Assembly (NCBI GenBank): GCA_905178155.1
Contig: CAJINV010000001.1
Location: 10,596,311 to 10,660,310 of the forward strand
Length of the DNA stretch: 64,000 nucleotides
Reading direction: 5' to 3'
Origin: Amoebophrya sp. A120
Lineage: Eukaryota > Protista > Dinoflagellata
Each line of letters opens with the position of its first letter. Within the stretch, counting starts at the first letter, position 1. Both the position numbers and the translations under genes were made by a program. Shown in pieces: positions 24,296 through 36,600 of this stretch. The notes under the pieces were generated by a model. That model made no database searches, was not told the DNA's origin, and saw only the letters and a program-made list of their open reading frames with translations.

Positions 24296-26879
24296 ATGAC
24301 AAGGCTCGGCATTGCGGCCGTCGCCGCACTGTCCGCAGCCCCGACGGCGCTCTCCGCCAACAAAGGCGTCGACCCGGAGGCCCTACTCGAGCAACTCACC
24401 CTCGACGAGAAGCTGCAGTTTTTTCACGGAGATGCCAATACTTACGTCGGTTTCGTTCCCGGTGTCCCGCGACTGGGCATCCCGGCCATCACCATGCAGG
24501 ACGGACCCCAGGGGTTTCGCCAGCCGGATAGTGTGGTGACCACCGGGAGCAGCACCCAGTTCCCGTCGAATCTCGCGATCGGAGCGACCTTCGACCACCG
24601 CATCGCGTACTACTACGCCAAGTTTATCGCCAAGGAGTTCCGGGGCAAGGGGGCAAACATGCTCCTCGGGCCGGGGGTGTGTCTGAACCGCGTGCCATAC
24701 GACGGCCGGAACTTCGAGTACCTCTCCGGTGAGGATCCCGTGCTCGGCGCGGAGATGGCACCCTACTACGTGCAGGGCGCGTTGTCGGAGAACACCATGA
24801 CGTCCGTGAAGCACTTTATCTTCAACAACCAGGAAACGGAGCGCGAGTACGTGTCCTCGGAGGTGCCGGAGCAGGTCGGGATGGAATACTACATGAAGCC
24901 CTTCATCGCGGGCGTGGAAGCAGGCGCTTCGAGCATCATGTGCGCTTACAACAAGGTACTGGCTCATTCCTGCTTCATCTTTTCTTGTAGCCGAGTAGAA
25001 GATCATGCGCCTTAAAAATACCTCCTTCTTTCTCAATAATTCTTTCATGTTTACTCCCTAGTTCTCCAACTTGTCGCAAATCCACATGTAGGTAAATGGC
25101 ACCTACGCGTGCGAGAACGCCGACGTGATGAAGCGGTTGGAGAAGTTTAGCGACAACTACTTTGTGATGTCGGACTGGGGCGCAACGCACAGCAGTTTCA
25201 AAGCCGCCAATGCCGGCCTGGCCATGGAGATGCCGACGGGTATCCACATGTCGCCCGAGAACATGAAGAAGGCGCTCGCGGAGAAGAAACTGGACATGAA
25301 GACCGTGGACGGACTAGTGCTTCGTACTTTGAAGGCGTTGAAGCAGGCGGGGCAGTTGGACGGGAAATTTCCAAATTCCGGCGACGTGATGGCCAACGTA
25401 ACGCTTCCCCTGCACAAAATGGCGGCGACCATCTTCGTCGCGGAGTCCATGATTTTGCTCCACAACCAGTTCCGGCCACACACCGGGAACGGGAACAGCA
25501 AGCCACTGCCGCTCTCCTTGGAAAAGGGGAAAAAAGCGGAGAAAGTTTTCCCGGTCGGGTGTGGGCACGAGCTGATCACCGGGGGCGGCGGCAGCGGACA
25601 TGTCCTCCCGTCGATGACGGTCACCGTTGCCCAGGTGTTGCAGCAAAACAACCTGCTCGCCCAGAGCATGGAGGACGCGGACGCGGTAGTTTACTGCTTC
25701 AGTGAATACAGCGCGGAGAACAGCGACCGCTCCTGGCTCGGCGTGAAGGGTCCGGCTTCTATCCCGACCGACGAGTTGAAGAAGCAAATCGAAGCTGTGG
25801 CCGCGGATAAGAGCAAAAAGCTAATTCTCTACGTCTCCACTCCGGGGCCCTTTTTGCTTCCCATGGAACTGTCCAAGACCGACGCAGTGCTCGTCAACAT
25901 CTTTCCCGGCGAGCGCGCGGGGGAGGCCCTCGCTGCGGTCTTGTTTGGTCGCATGAGCCCCAACGGGAAGCTGCCGTTTGCGCTGCCGAACGTGGAGAAC
26001 GAACAAAAGATGAGCAAGGAGCAGTACCCGGGCGTCGGGCCGGTCCACGGCACGCACGCGCACTACACGGAAAACTTGGAGTTCGGTTACCGGTGGTACC
26101 AAGCGAGAAATATCCAGCCGAAATTTCATTTCGGCCACGGTCTGTCCTACGGGTTGGAAACCGCGCACATCACCAACGTGTTCTGGGCGAAGGAGAAGAA
26201 TTTAGTCCGGTTTTGCGTCGAGCACCAAGAGCCCGCGGTAGAAAATACCGCACAAGTAGAAAAACGATCTCTTGTGTCTGTCTTGGCGGAGGAAGCGAGC
26301 AACTTTGTCACCGCGAACTTGAAGACGACCGCCCACTTCCAGCCTCCCGAGCACGAGTTTCTCCGCGGGCGATTTCTGTCGCAGAGCCAACTTTTCACGC
26401 AGCTCGTGGAGGCCCCGGTGCAGCCAACGACCGCCGCTGCCAAGCTCGGGTCCGGCAGGCCGACGAGTGAATTGCTGCAGGAAGCGGTTTCGCAGCTCCA
26501 GAAGCAGCTGAAGGAGGAGGGAAACAAGCAGGCTTTGTCCCTGCACGGAACCGAAAACTTTGACCTGATCAATCTGCACGAATCCTCGAAGCAAATCCCC
26601 GTGAAAGTTTCCGTGCAGTTCTACGTGAAGCATCGGGGCAGGAAATTCCTCGAGCTGGTGCAGTTCGCCTCGGTTGACAACGTCATTCCCAACGAAAAAT
26701 CCTGCAGCCTCGCGATGTACGAACCGCCGGTGCAGTGGGACGTGAGTTCCGCAAAAATGGTCCGCGTCCCCGAATTCGACTTGTTCGTCTCGAAAAATGG
26801 AATCAGCGAGGCGGAGTACGTCGGCACCTACAACCACGACACGGAGGCGGCTTCCGAGCCCGAGGTGCTCTTCGCGTGA
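24296..26879 (+). CDS. Secreted GH3 beta-glucosidase
   Basis: Signal-peptide-like MTRLGIAAVAALSAAPTALS; LTLDEK, DGPQG, GRNFEYLSGEDP, KHF, CAYNK|VNG across GT-AG intron 24956-25091, nucleophile motif FVMSDWGA, FGHGLSY. Confidence 0.95.
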
Positions 26880-27947
26880 TCATTTTTACTGCAGTTGCGG
26901 TCGAAGCAGATGGGTCGACGTCGTGTTCCAGCCTTGTACTTATTCCGTCAGAGAATTATGTGCGTTTCCACCTCTTTTACCTGTTTTTGCCTTTGTTTCC
27001 TCTCAAATCAAAATGCTTTTTCTTCTTTTTACTCAACATCAGCATCTTCATGCGTGATACCAACGCTCGTCTCCTTTTCTTTGACCAGCTTTCCTTCGGT
27101 TTTGAGGAGACTACAAAATGAACCTGTAATTGCATCTGTCGCTTTTGAACCATCTTACGTAAAAAACGATTGGGAAAGCCGTAAAGTTGAAGTGAATTTG
27201 TGCTTCCTAATGACCGTGTCCTCGAAGTTACTTCAAATGTTCTGGCTAATGTGATAGTGGTTGTTGTGTAGAAGTTGTTTCATTTGTACATCAAATGGTG
27301 TCATCCACCCAGTTAGTAGCTATGTCATACTTGACGCGAAACTCGTGAAATTAACCTGGACAACGAGGGGCAACAAGGGGGCCATAAAGCGCGAAGGCCC
27401 CCGCCACAAGATTCTTGCATAAGGCTTCGCTCCTATCTTCGTCCCTTGTTGGCATCTTTGGCGCATCTTTTTATTCCAGGGACGTCAAAGTTGCAACTCT
27501 TTGCATCTTCTTGTCTAAACTTTTTTAAGGCCAACCGGAAGGCTACACAGCATAGCATACTTTTGATTGTATACCAGGGTTTATCTTCATTCTTTCACTG
27601 ACAAGACCACCTCTGCGTGCGCACCATATACCGAGCATGTGGAAGAAGTATTTTCCGCACTACACAATGACAGCCAAATTGGTATGCGTATGAGCGTCCT
27701 CTTCCAAAAAAATTATTGGTGGCAAGTGGATTTTCATTTCGAAAATACGAGAGTGCCCTCAATGTTCGTCTCTTCCGGTATGCTCAGTTCGTTTCTTTCT
27801 TTCCTGTTTCGAGCGGCAGTTCTCAAGCTTTCTTGTAGACTGAGGAAAAACGGGTATAGAACATGGAGGTCGAGTTGTCTTAGCTCCTATGTAGAGATAA
27901 AGCAGCTTCTCCGCTGCGAATAAGGCGGTGGCCCGCTTGCTGCCACC

Positions 27948-29462
27948 ATGGCGCCTACCGACGCAAGAAAACTCGTCGGCGCCTTGTTGCTGCAGCATGC
28001 AGTGCTTTCCACAGCCACTCGCGACGCGATAGTACTGGAGCAGAACCCGCTTGTTGCATTGGGGCGTTGGATCTTTCCTTCGGCCGCCCCGGAGGAACAG
28101 GTAGTCGCTGCTGCAGCTGCTACCGCCCCTGTGGTCGCACCTATTGCTACGGAGCGCGGAAGAAAGCAAACACCTGAATCAAGTGCAGCTGCCGAAAAAA
28201 CTTCGAATCGTCAGCAAGCGCCTAGTACGGCCGCGCAACTTGCGAAAGCGACCGCGTGGGAGCAGCTGGTTCACCATGACCAATTGTTCTCCCGGCTATC
28301 GGGCAAGGTGCAGAGCATCCTGTGCCAGGAGATCGCCAGCGACGAACACGCGGACACACCGGCCTGTCTGAATCGCGTCGCAGAGGTAGCGCCCGAGGCG
28401 TTGCCCGGGAGTATGCTTGTGACCTGCAACTTGCTCTCTCAAATCGGTAAAGAGGAGACCAAGCAGTGTGCCGCGAAAAGGACAACCTCGACGGTGCAGA
28501 CGCCGTCCGCAAAACAATCTGGAGTGGCCACACCTGAGCCAAACAAACGCACTCTGGCAGCTGCCGTTGCTGCGTCAACGAAGATGACGGCCGCAAATGG
28601 AAAGATTAACAATAAAGCTGGCCCGTTTGCAGCGTCGATGGAGATCAGCGTGAACACTTTGCTGCGCGCTGCCGACCAGCACACCGCGCAGGCTGCCGGA
28701 ACGATCACTGCGAAAAACGCAAGCACAAAGAAGAACAACAGCTTTGCTAAGGCAATGAAGAACAACTTGGAGAAGATGCAGATGGCGAAATCGGTTTCAA
28801 AAACGACCACCGAGCAGAAAAACTCCTTCGCAAAGGCCATGGCGCAGAACACAGCTCGTCTGCTGCAGAACCAAAAGCAAGCTCTAAAACAAATCGGTGC
28901 CGCGGGTCTGAAACAGAATCGGATGGAAGCTCGGAAGAAAATGCAGGCAAAGGCAGGACAAATGGCGCACTCCTCATCCTTCGCGAATGCTATGAAACAC
29001 AACGTCGCCCGAATGGTGCAGAACCAGCAGGCTGAAACGAAAGCAACCGTAACACGACAGCATCAAGTGGAAAACAAGCCGTCCTTCACGAAAGCTGTAA
29101 GTCAACACTTCGCCGCTTCGCACGCGTTCGCCGACGCAGCCAAGGCCTTCGCACGGAAGACGGAAACCGAGAAGAAAGTGGAGCAGAAAAAAGTCGCTGT
29201 CCGCACGAATGACGGAGATACTACATCGCATGCCCCCAGTTCTTTTGCGGCGTCGATGAGGCAAAATCTGAAATCGCTAACAAGCGAGCAAATGCAGACC
29301 GCCTCTACCTCTTCCGCAGCTGCTACAACAAAAACTCGTCCCTTCCCCGGGCAGATCCAATCGAAAAAGCCGCCGCGCGCCGTGCTCGCAGTCACATCCT
29401 CCAGTAGTGACGACAAAGACGCAGACGCCCTTGTGGACGCCATTGTCGGGGATATCGTCTGA
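27948..29462 (+). CDS. Secreted orphan protein with repeated SFAxAM motifs
   Basis: 504-aa ORF with a hydrophobic N-terminus, an Ala/Lys/Gln-rich body and a 4-Cys segment. Confidence 0.7.
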   Translation: MAPTDARKLVGALLLQHAVLSTATRDAIVLEQNPLVALGRWIFPSAAPEEQVVAAAAATAPVVAPIATERGRKQTPESSAAAEKTSNRQQAPSTAAQLAKATAWEQLVHHDQLFSRLSGKVQSILCQEIASDEHADTPACLNRVAEVAPEALPGSMLVTCNLLSQIGKEETKQCAAKRTTSTVQTPSAKQSGVATPEPNKRTLAAAVAASTKMTAANGKINNKAGPFAASMEISVNTLLRAADQHTAQAAGTITAKNASTKKNNSFAKAMKNNLEKMQMAKSVSKTTTEQKNSFAKAMAQNTARLLQNQKQALKQIGAAGLKQNRMEARKKMQAKAGQMAHSSSFANAMKHNVARMVQNQQAETKATVTRQHQVENKPSFTKAVSQHFAASHAFADAAKAFARKTETEKKVEQKKVAVRTNDGDTTSHAPSSFAASMRQNLKSLTSEQMQTASTSSAAATTKTRPFPGQIQSKKPPRAVLAVTSSSSDDKDADALVDAIVGDIV

Positions 29463-29916
29463 GTACTCATCGTGTTAGCTCTTCTTTTCCGGATGGTATG
29501 GTCTTGATGAATTGTTTTCCAGGAAGCTGCTTCGATGCAGTGAAATACAAAATCATCCATGACAGCAGTTGTCTCACATCATTCACATCACAAACTTCTT
29601 GCTTATCCTATGCATCATTACAGTATGTTGATGTTGATGTTCGTCTTCACAGCCCGGCCCTCCTAGTCCTTCAGTAAATTATGCACGTACGATGCCTGAA
29701 CGCAAAGACACGGAGCGAAACTGATGCAGGAGCACGTTCATGACAGTGAGCACGTTTTTCCGAGAGTGGTCCCACGAGGACTGTATTGGAAAACGAAAAC
29801 GCGAGAGCAAGGGATACTGTTAGAAACGAAATCAAAAGGAAAAGAAAAATCTCCCTTCTTTACATAAATGTGACCTCAACATCTAAGATGCGGTAGAGGT
29901 GGGCGCGACACTCACC

Positions 29917-31358
29917 ATGCGCCCAGCCGCCGCTGCGGCGGGCGTCTTCAAGTTGCTTTGTCTCAGGGTCGTGTTTTGCGACCTTCTTTCCGACCTCCTG
30001 TTCCGGCACTCGGAAGCCGCCCAGATCCAGCGGAGCGGCCGTTATCTTGGCTACACACCCCGGGGCCCCTTGGACTTCTGCTTCGGCACGCCTGAAGAAT
30101 GCGCACAAATGATGGCTACAACGCCTGCTCCGGCCGCTCCAGAGGAAGAAGAATTGCAAGAACAACCCGAGGAAGAAGTATTTGTTTCGCTCTACTTACA
30201 GTTTCTTCGGTTTCAATTTTTTCTATTTCGACGCTTCCTGGTTCACGGAACAAATTTTCAGTAGACTTTCTTTCACTACACTTACTACTCTTGGTCTGCT
30301 TGTGACCCTACCTTCCTAGTTCCCATCGGCGAAAATGTTTCAGGTCATCACCAATACCACGACCCTTGAGCCAGTCGCAGAGGAGGAAGAGGTGGTTGTG
30401 GAAACCACAACTACCGAAGCTCCAGAGGAGGAAACGGATCCGCCGGTGGTGATAGCAACACGGAAGGAAGTGTTCGCGTGTTCCTTGCACGAGACCTCGG
30501 ACCAGTGCTCGATTAGCGACGGTTGCGTGTGGCGCGATGATTTGGTCTACGTTTCGGGCGGCTCCATGGCCGACGGGTGCCAGCACCAGAACTGCGAATG
30601 TCTGCAAACGCCGCCGCCGTCGAAGGCATGGTCCCTGCTACTAGACATTGTCAAAGGTAGTACTTTGTACTCTTTGCTGCATTTTTGCTCTTTCTTGCTG
30701 CGTTCCTAGGCGTGTCCGGCTCCGGTCCGTCGTTGTTAGCAGCTGCCTGCATAATGGAATCGTCGCTTTTCTCGCCACAACGAAAAATCTGAAACGTCAT
30801 GACAGATCAAGACGACCCTGGGGACCTGTACCACAAGTGTCACTACTATTCCAAGAAATGGTGCGATTTGATGTGGAGCTGGGATCACCTGAGCTACCTT
30901 GTTACCGCAAATACCTGGAAGGGCCTGTGGTGCACCGCCCGCTGGTGTTTCGTGGACGAGTCCTGTCCCACGGCGAGGACTGTTTCTGCGAAACACGATG
31001 GCAAGCTCGAAACCGGTATTTCTATTCCATTTAAAAGGCCGCAATATCTTGATCTTCTTCTTCTAGCCACCATCACGCTCGTAACAAGACAGTAGAGTAG
31101 ACAAAACGCAATAAATGGTATGAGAAAACTAAGTACTGCCACGACTCCATGACTTGCCAACTAACAGCACACATCTCCTACGTCGCCTGTCCGCAGGACT
31201 ATGCTCAGATCAATCAGTTCAACTGGGTGAACACGGATTTCGATGCATTGAACACCACGGTGAGTCACCACGCTACCATGGAAGATCTAGCTCTGATTGA
31301 AGCGCACGCGGAAAAAGAAAAGGAAAGCGAGAACGAGTCGCCGGGGTCGACCACCTGA
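29917..31358 (+). CDS. Secreted Cys-rich protein with an acidic mucin-like stalk (5 exons including a 15-nt microexon)
   Basis: Phase-consistent GT-AG model with exons at about 29917-30177, 30344-30656, 30710-30724, 30806-31015 and 31168-31358. Contains WCTARWCFVDESCP...ISYVAC. Confidence 0.6.
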
Positions 31359-31877
31359 GACTGCTCCTCGCGATGCTGAAATTGAATAACAAGGTTGTGT
31401 GACTATAAAATCTAGTGATTAGGATTACGTTTCGTGCCATGCAGGTTTCTTTTGGAAAAATTAAAGAAAAACATCGCGTTTATTTCAAGCCCAGGGAACA
31501 CAGCTTTTGAAACAAATGACGAGCGGCGATCAGTCTTCGCCTGTGGTTGCAGTCGTCTGATGTTTCTTTTTCATGATTTCTGAAGGTGCTGGAACACTTG
31601 TGGAAATATTTCATCTACTCTCCAGCGCAAGATCTTCTCTGGGAGATGAAGGCTTGGGTTCATCTGCGTTTCAAAGACCGGCTTGTCCCAGTGGCCGAAC
31701 CTTGAGACTTGAAGTATGTTCTCTTCTTCTGGCGTCATCAGTACGGACAGAGCAAGAAAAATAGACATAGATGGTTTTTTCTTTTCATTAACATGCTGAT
31801 CGAGGATTACTTTGCTATGTTTTCGGACCAGTTGGAACAACGTCAAGTCAAAATCTGTATGAAATGCGAGCAGCAGA

Positions 31878-33245
31878 ATGCGTCTTTCCTGCCTTGTGGT
31901 AGCTGTGAGCTGCAGCCAAGAAGTAATTCGGGCCCTCGCTAGTACTTCTGCAAGCGTTTCAACATCCGCGGACATGCTGCGCAAGTATTTCATTCCTGTG
32001 GAGGCGGAATCTCGCGCCTTGGTCGACGAGCTGCTGCACTATGCGAAAACTGAAATCACAAAGCACTACGATGCCATCGCGCAAAACCTGGCAAAAAACC
32101 ATCTCACCAACAAGACCATCGACCTCCTCTGGCCCGGCGCGGGATACCTCTCAGTGGCGTGCGGCGGACAGTGGCAAGTGTTCTCGGAGCTGAAACATTT
32201 AATCAAAATAGACCGAATCTGTGGCGCCAGCGGCGGCGCGTGCAGTGCGATTCTGGCGGCCCCCAACACGGATGCGCGGTTTTTGCTCAACGCGTACTTG
32301 GCCTACGCAAAACATCAGGAAACCGAGGGACTGTCGTCCGAAGCGTGGCGCGTGACGGACTTGTGGAGGGAGGTGTACTTGGAGCAAGTAAGGCGGAGAG
32401 GAGTTGCACATGAACAAGAAAAGACGCTTTTATTGAAAAAGCGCTTCATCGCAGTTTCCTCTCACATGATATCCGCACCAAACACCGTCTTTCACGACTT
32501 TTCCAGCGCCGAGGAGCTTGCCAACGCCGGGGTCGCGAGTGGAGAGCTAACGCCCTATGGAATGACAAAGGGAGTGTTTGTCTCCGATAGCGATAACCCC
32601 AACGTCCCGCGAAACTGGTACGGTAGTCCTCAGCGTTACATGGATGGCGGGCTCGCGACGCACCTGTCATTTGTTCAGGACGCAGACATCATACGCAGAA
32701 GCGAAAATTATAAAGAACACCGCCCTCCAAATCCGTTCCTCACGTACAGTACATTTTTCCCGGGAAGAACCAGTAACGCAATCCGGTGCACGAAGGAATC
32801 CGTTGAGTGGCTCTTTCGACAGGGAGTGGACGACACCGTGGAATTCTTGCTCAATCCCTCCCTTTCCTCCACGGAAAGGATCATGCTCCACCGTGCCGAC
32901 CAGTGGGACTACTCCGGCATAATTGGCGGCGACATGACCATATCCCGGCACGGCCGACAGATTGTGGAAGAACAAATTTTCGCGCAAATTCGCGAGGTCA
33001 GGGAGAACAACGGCTCATCTTCTGCTGCGGCGAAAAATTTCGCGTGGGGAAATCGCGCAGTGTTCGGTCAGCATCAAGAGTCATCCTCGTTCTTGCAAAA
33101 CAGCTTCGGAACCGAACCAACAAACTTCATTCGCTTGTCCAACGAACGGCAGGATGTTAGAGCACCACCGCCTCCCGGTGAAAACGACGACGAGCTATTT
33201 ACTTGGCCTCTGATTGCGCGACCTCATAATAGTGCCACGCGATGA
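31878..33245 (+). CDS. Patatin-like phospholipase, probably secreted
   Basis: Oxyanion loop WPGAGYLS, nucleophile elbow GASGG (GxSxG), catalytic YMDGG and a hydrophobic N-terminus. Confidence 0.85.
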   Translation: MRLSCLVVAVSCSQEVIRALASTSASVSTSADMLRKYFIPVEAESRALVDELLHYAKTEITKHYDAIAQNLAKNHLTNKTIDLLWPGAGYLSVACGGQWQVFSELKHLIKIDRICGASGGACSAILAAPNTDARFLLNAYLAYAKHQETEGLSSEAWRVTDLWREVYLEQVRRRGVAHEQEKTLLLKKRFIAVSSHMISAPNTVFHDFSSAEELANAGVASGELTPYGMTKGVFVSDSDNPNVPRNWYGSPQRYMDGGLATHLSFVQDADIIRRSENYKEHRPPNPFLTYSTFFPGRTSNAIRCTKESVEWLFRQGVDDTVEFLLNPSLSSTERIMLHRADQWDYSGIIGGDMTISRHGRQIVEEQIFAQIREVRENNGSSSAAAKNFAWGNRAVFGQHQESSSFLQNSFGTEPTNFIRLSNERQDVRAPPPPGENDDELFTWPLIARPHNSATR

Positions 33246-33638
33246 ATCTTGTTCCGTTCTTGAGCACCCACATTTTCTGGCGGCTCATTTTTCCTTTTTT
33301 TGGCTTTTCGTGAGAGTACGGTAGACATGACGAGCGTTTTTTTGTCGCTGAGGATTGGGAGCGAGACGAGCGGTCGCAGAAGAAGAGGCTCGAGAAGTTT
33401 CGCACAACAAAAGTGACGCCCTGATTTTTTTCTTTCCGAAAGAGAGAGTGCTGGAAATAACAACCGCAAAATGTTAGGTATTGGTGCATTCTCCCTGAAC
33501 AGCGGCTCCCAGTGAGGCTAAACTAGACGTACAAACTACAACGCGCACGTGCACTTCTTTACGCAAGAAGGAAACTATGCAATATCATTATCAAGTCAGT
33601 ACCACAACTACGAATTACGATAGCAGCTATCTCTTCAG

Positions 33639-36600
33639 CCAAATCTCTGCAAGCAAAGGACGAGAACGGACCAAAGATGCGTCTGCTCGAACGGGCGCAC
33701 CGTGGTTGTGGGGAGCTGCAACTCGGGAGGCAGACCCCGCGTCCCTAGCTCACGAAAAATGTGATCACCTCGGAACGCAGACTCGCCCTCCAGATGGAGT
33801 TCTCTCGGCGCGACCTGAACATAGGGCCCTTTCGCGTACGGGCAACTACACGCAATACTGCAGGAAATAAAGCAAAAGCGCACACAAAAATTCTATTCAG
33901 CCTCTTTTTCGCAGTCTTTTGCTCATCCCCTCTTTTGATTTTGTTCTCAACGCCCACTCTCGCCACATGCCCTGCCGGCTTGACTACTCGCGCCGCCTCG
34001 TTGGTGAACAATGCCCGTACTTTGTCTATCTCCAGCTCTATCTACCATAACTGTCGAGCCAGCGGTGGAACCTTGGATTTCCTCGTCGACCCTGCCGACG
34101 TCACTCTGGGGTCCTCCCCCGGTATGACATCTGGAACCGCGACCGCAGAGTACAACAAAGTTTGTCTGGGCTCGGGTGTGGCTTGCCCGGACGGCGTGCA
34201 GTTGGACGGGCAGTGCGTGCGCGCGCCGGACCGTGTGGCGGTCACAACCTTGGACTTTACCCTGGACATCCACGGTGATTACTACCCGAGCCTGAAGGAC
34301 CAAATCCATTCCGCCAAGTATGTCTCAGCAAGTCTTGTCGCTGGTCGAGGGAGGGCTTTTGAGTGATTTGACAGTACTCATAAATCTCCCGCCGCACGTT
34401 GTGCTGCAATTGCCTACCTGCATTTTTGTTACGTGTTGATATTCTCGACCGCCCATGCAAACGTGCACATAATGTGACTTCTGAGCGTTGTATAACTCGA
34501 CATTGATTCTGTGCCCCCCCAGCACCAGCGTGTCGCTTTTCCTTTCCACCCGATCTTTGAGTGGGCGCACCGCCTGGCCACCGCACTTGGAATACCCATC
34601 TCCGAAATTGAAATTGCGACCCTGTTCACGCCCTTTCCGAACGCAATTAAGCCGACTCTTTGGAAGTTTCGACGCCAGGGGTTGCCTGGCGATTCAGCAA
34701 GACGGTCATTGGAAAATAAAAACGATACAACTGGCGGTGTCCCGACTAAAGCTGAACAAAAGCCAACAGTTGTAGCCAAAAAAACGAACCTCCGAGGGCG
34801 TCGGAGGCGCACGGCGACGGAGGCGCCGACACGGCGCTTCGCGGTCGCCTTTCACGTCGAGACGACGCGCGCCATTGTGGACACTTGCACGGACCTGTTA
34901 ACTGCTGTGGATTGGACCCTACTCGTGGGCGTTATTGGGCATCCAGTCACCTTACTCAGCGGCCCGGAGCTTCGCACGTGGTCGGCCAGCGCGGGGCTGA
35001 CCTTTTCCGCCTACACCGCCTGGCTCCAGCTGAAGACCGAGAACACGGAGAACCCGCCCCTGCACACGGAATGGGAGGTGGTCACGCTGAAGCAGCACAC
35101 TTCCGCGCCCATCACCGAATACACGAACGAATGGACACTGCTGATCTGTAACCAGGCCCTGTACAACATGCGGCTCACCATGACGCTGACCTGCGAGCAC
35201 AAGTACGACGAGCAGTCCACCGCCCCGAGCAACAGCGTGCTGACCACCGCCGTCCAGTTTCAGTTCAGCTACAAGACCCAGGTGGAGTTTGGCATCGTCA
35301 GCTCCGTCACAAACCGGATCAAGGAAACGCTGGCCGGGGCGATCTTCGGCACGAAGAACGTGGCCCAGGACCGCATGCTCACGCTCGTCGCGAACACGGG
35401 GCAGGCGAAAAGCAACGGACAGAGTTACTTCGAGGCGGGCGTGATCGTGCAGGCCCTGGTGCAGGCGCCCGGGTGGCAGTCCTACAGTTCCGAAGTGGCA
35501 GCGCAGGCGGTGCAGTCGTACTGCTGCAACGTGGCGAACGGCTTGAAGCTCCGCCAGAGCTTCTTCTCGCACCTGCAGCAGGGCCTTGCAGCCACGGACA
35601 ACAGCCAATTCACCGCTTTCGAGTCGTACATGGGGAACAAAGAAAGCAACTTCATCGACTTCTACGTGTCCATGGCGGAAACGTTGTATCAAAAGCGGAT
35701 CCCGAACCTGATCGGCGTTTGCGCGTCCACCGATACGACGTGCACCACGGACGCGCCTCTTGAGGGCACGAGTTCTGGTGCGGGAAGTGGGACCAGTTCA
35801 GGCTCGGGATCCGGCACGACCCAGCTCTCTCCCGGCGCGCAACTGTGCGCCAACCAGAAGACCTTCTGCGACTGCGCGGCGGCCAACTGCGCGTGGAACA
35901 GCGCCACGGGGTGCGTGGACAGCGGCGGCGTCCCGATTTCGTGCGTGCAGTGCCCGACCATGGCGAGCTGCCCCAACGCCGAGTGCGCCGGGTTCACCAA
36001 GCCGTGCACCTGCGCCACCGTGGACAAGTGCGCGTGGGACGTCAGCCGGCTAAGCTGTATCGTGAACTCTGTGGGCGTCAGCTGCGACAACTGTCCGAGT
36101 CAGCCTAAGTGCATGCCGCCGTTTGTGTTGTCCGTCACCCCGGCCAGCCAAGCGTCGGTCAAGTCGACGCAGGTCGACTTTTCCTTCCAGTTCTCTGAGC
36201 CGGTCTCGTTGACGAATCTCGGACAAACCACGCAATGGGCGACCATGCAGTGCACCAACGCTGGCGCCTCCAAGAGCATCGTGGCCGCGCACCGCATCAA
36301 CAGGGAGCGCGTGCACTTTGACCAGGTGATTTTGCTCCCTGCCGTCACAGAGCCAAACGCGGAAACCCGCACCTGCTCGCTGTCCATCGCAAAGGACACA
36401 CTGCAGGACAGCCACGGCCTGCCCTTTCCGGGTGTGACGCACCAAATCACGCTTCTGGACGCGGTGCCGCCCTACTTGAGCATGCACGGTCCGATTCACA
36501 GTGAAAACACGCAGCTAGAGTACAGCGATCCGCGTTTGCTGCTGCTGTTTGCAGAGCACGTCAAGACCGCGCCCGAAGCGATTCTCTCGCTGCCCCACTT

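Noticed and set aside
27366-27452. Hairpin GGGGGCC...GGCCCCC nested in CAACAAGGG...CCCTTGTTG
   Set aside because: The stems are real but short; no tRNA cloverleaf, TSD or second copy, so it cannot be classified.
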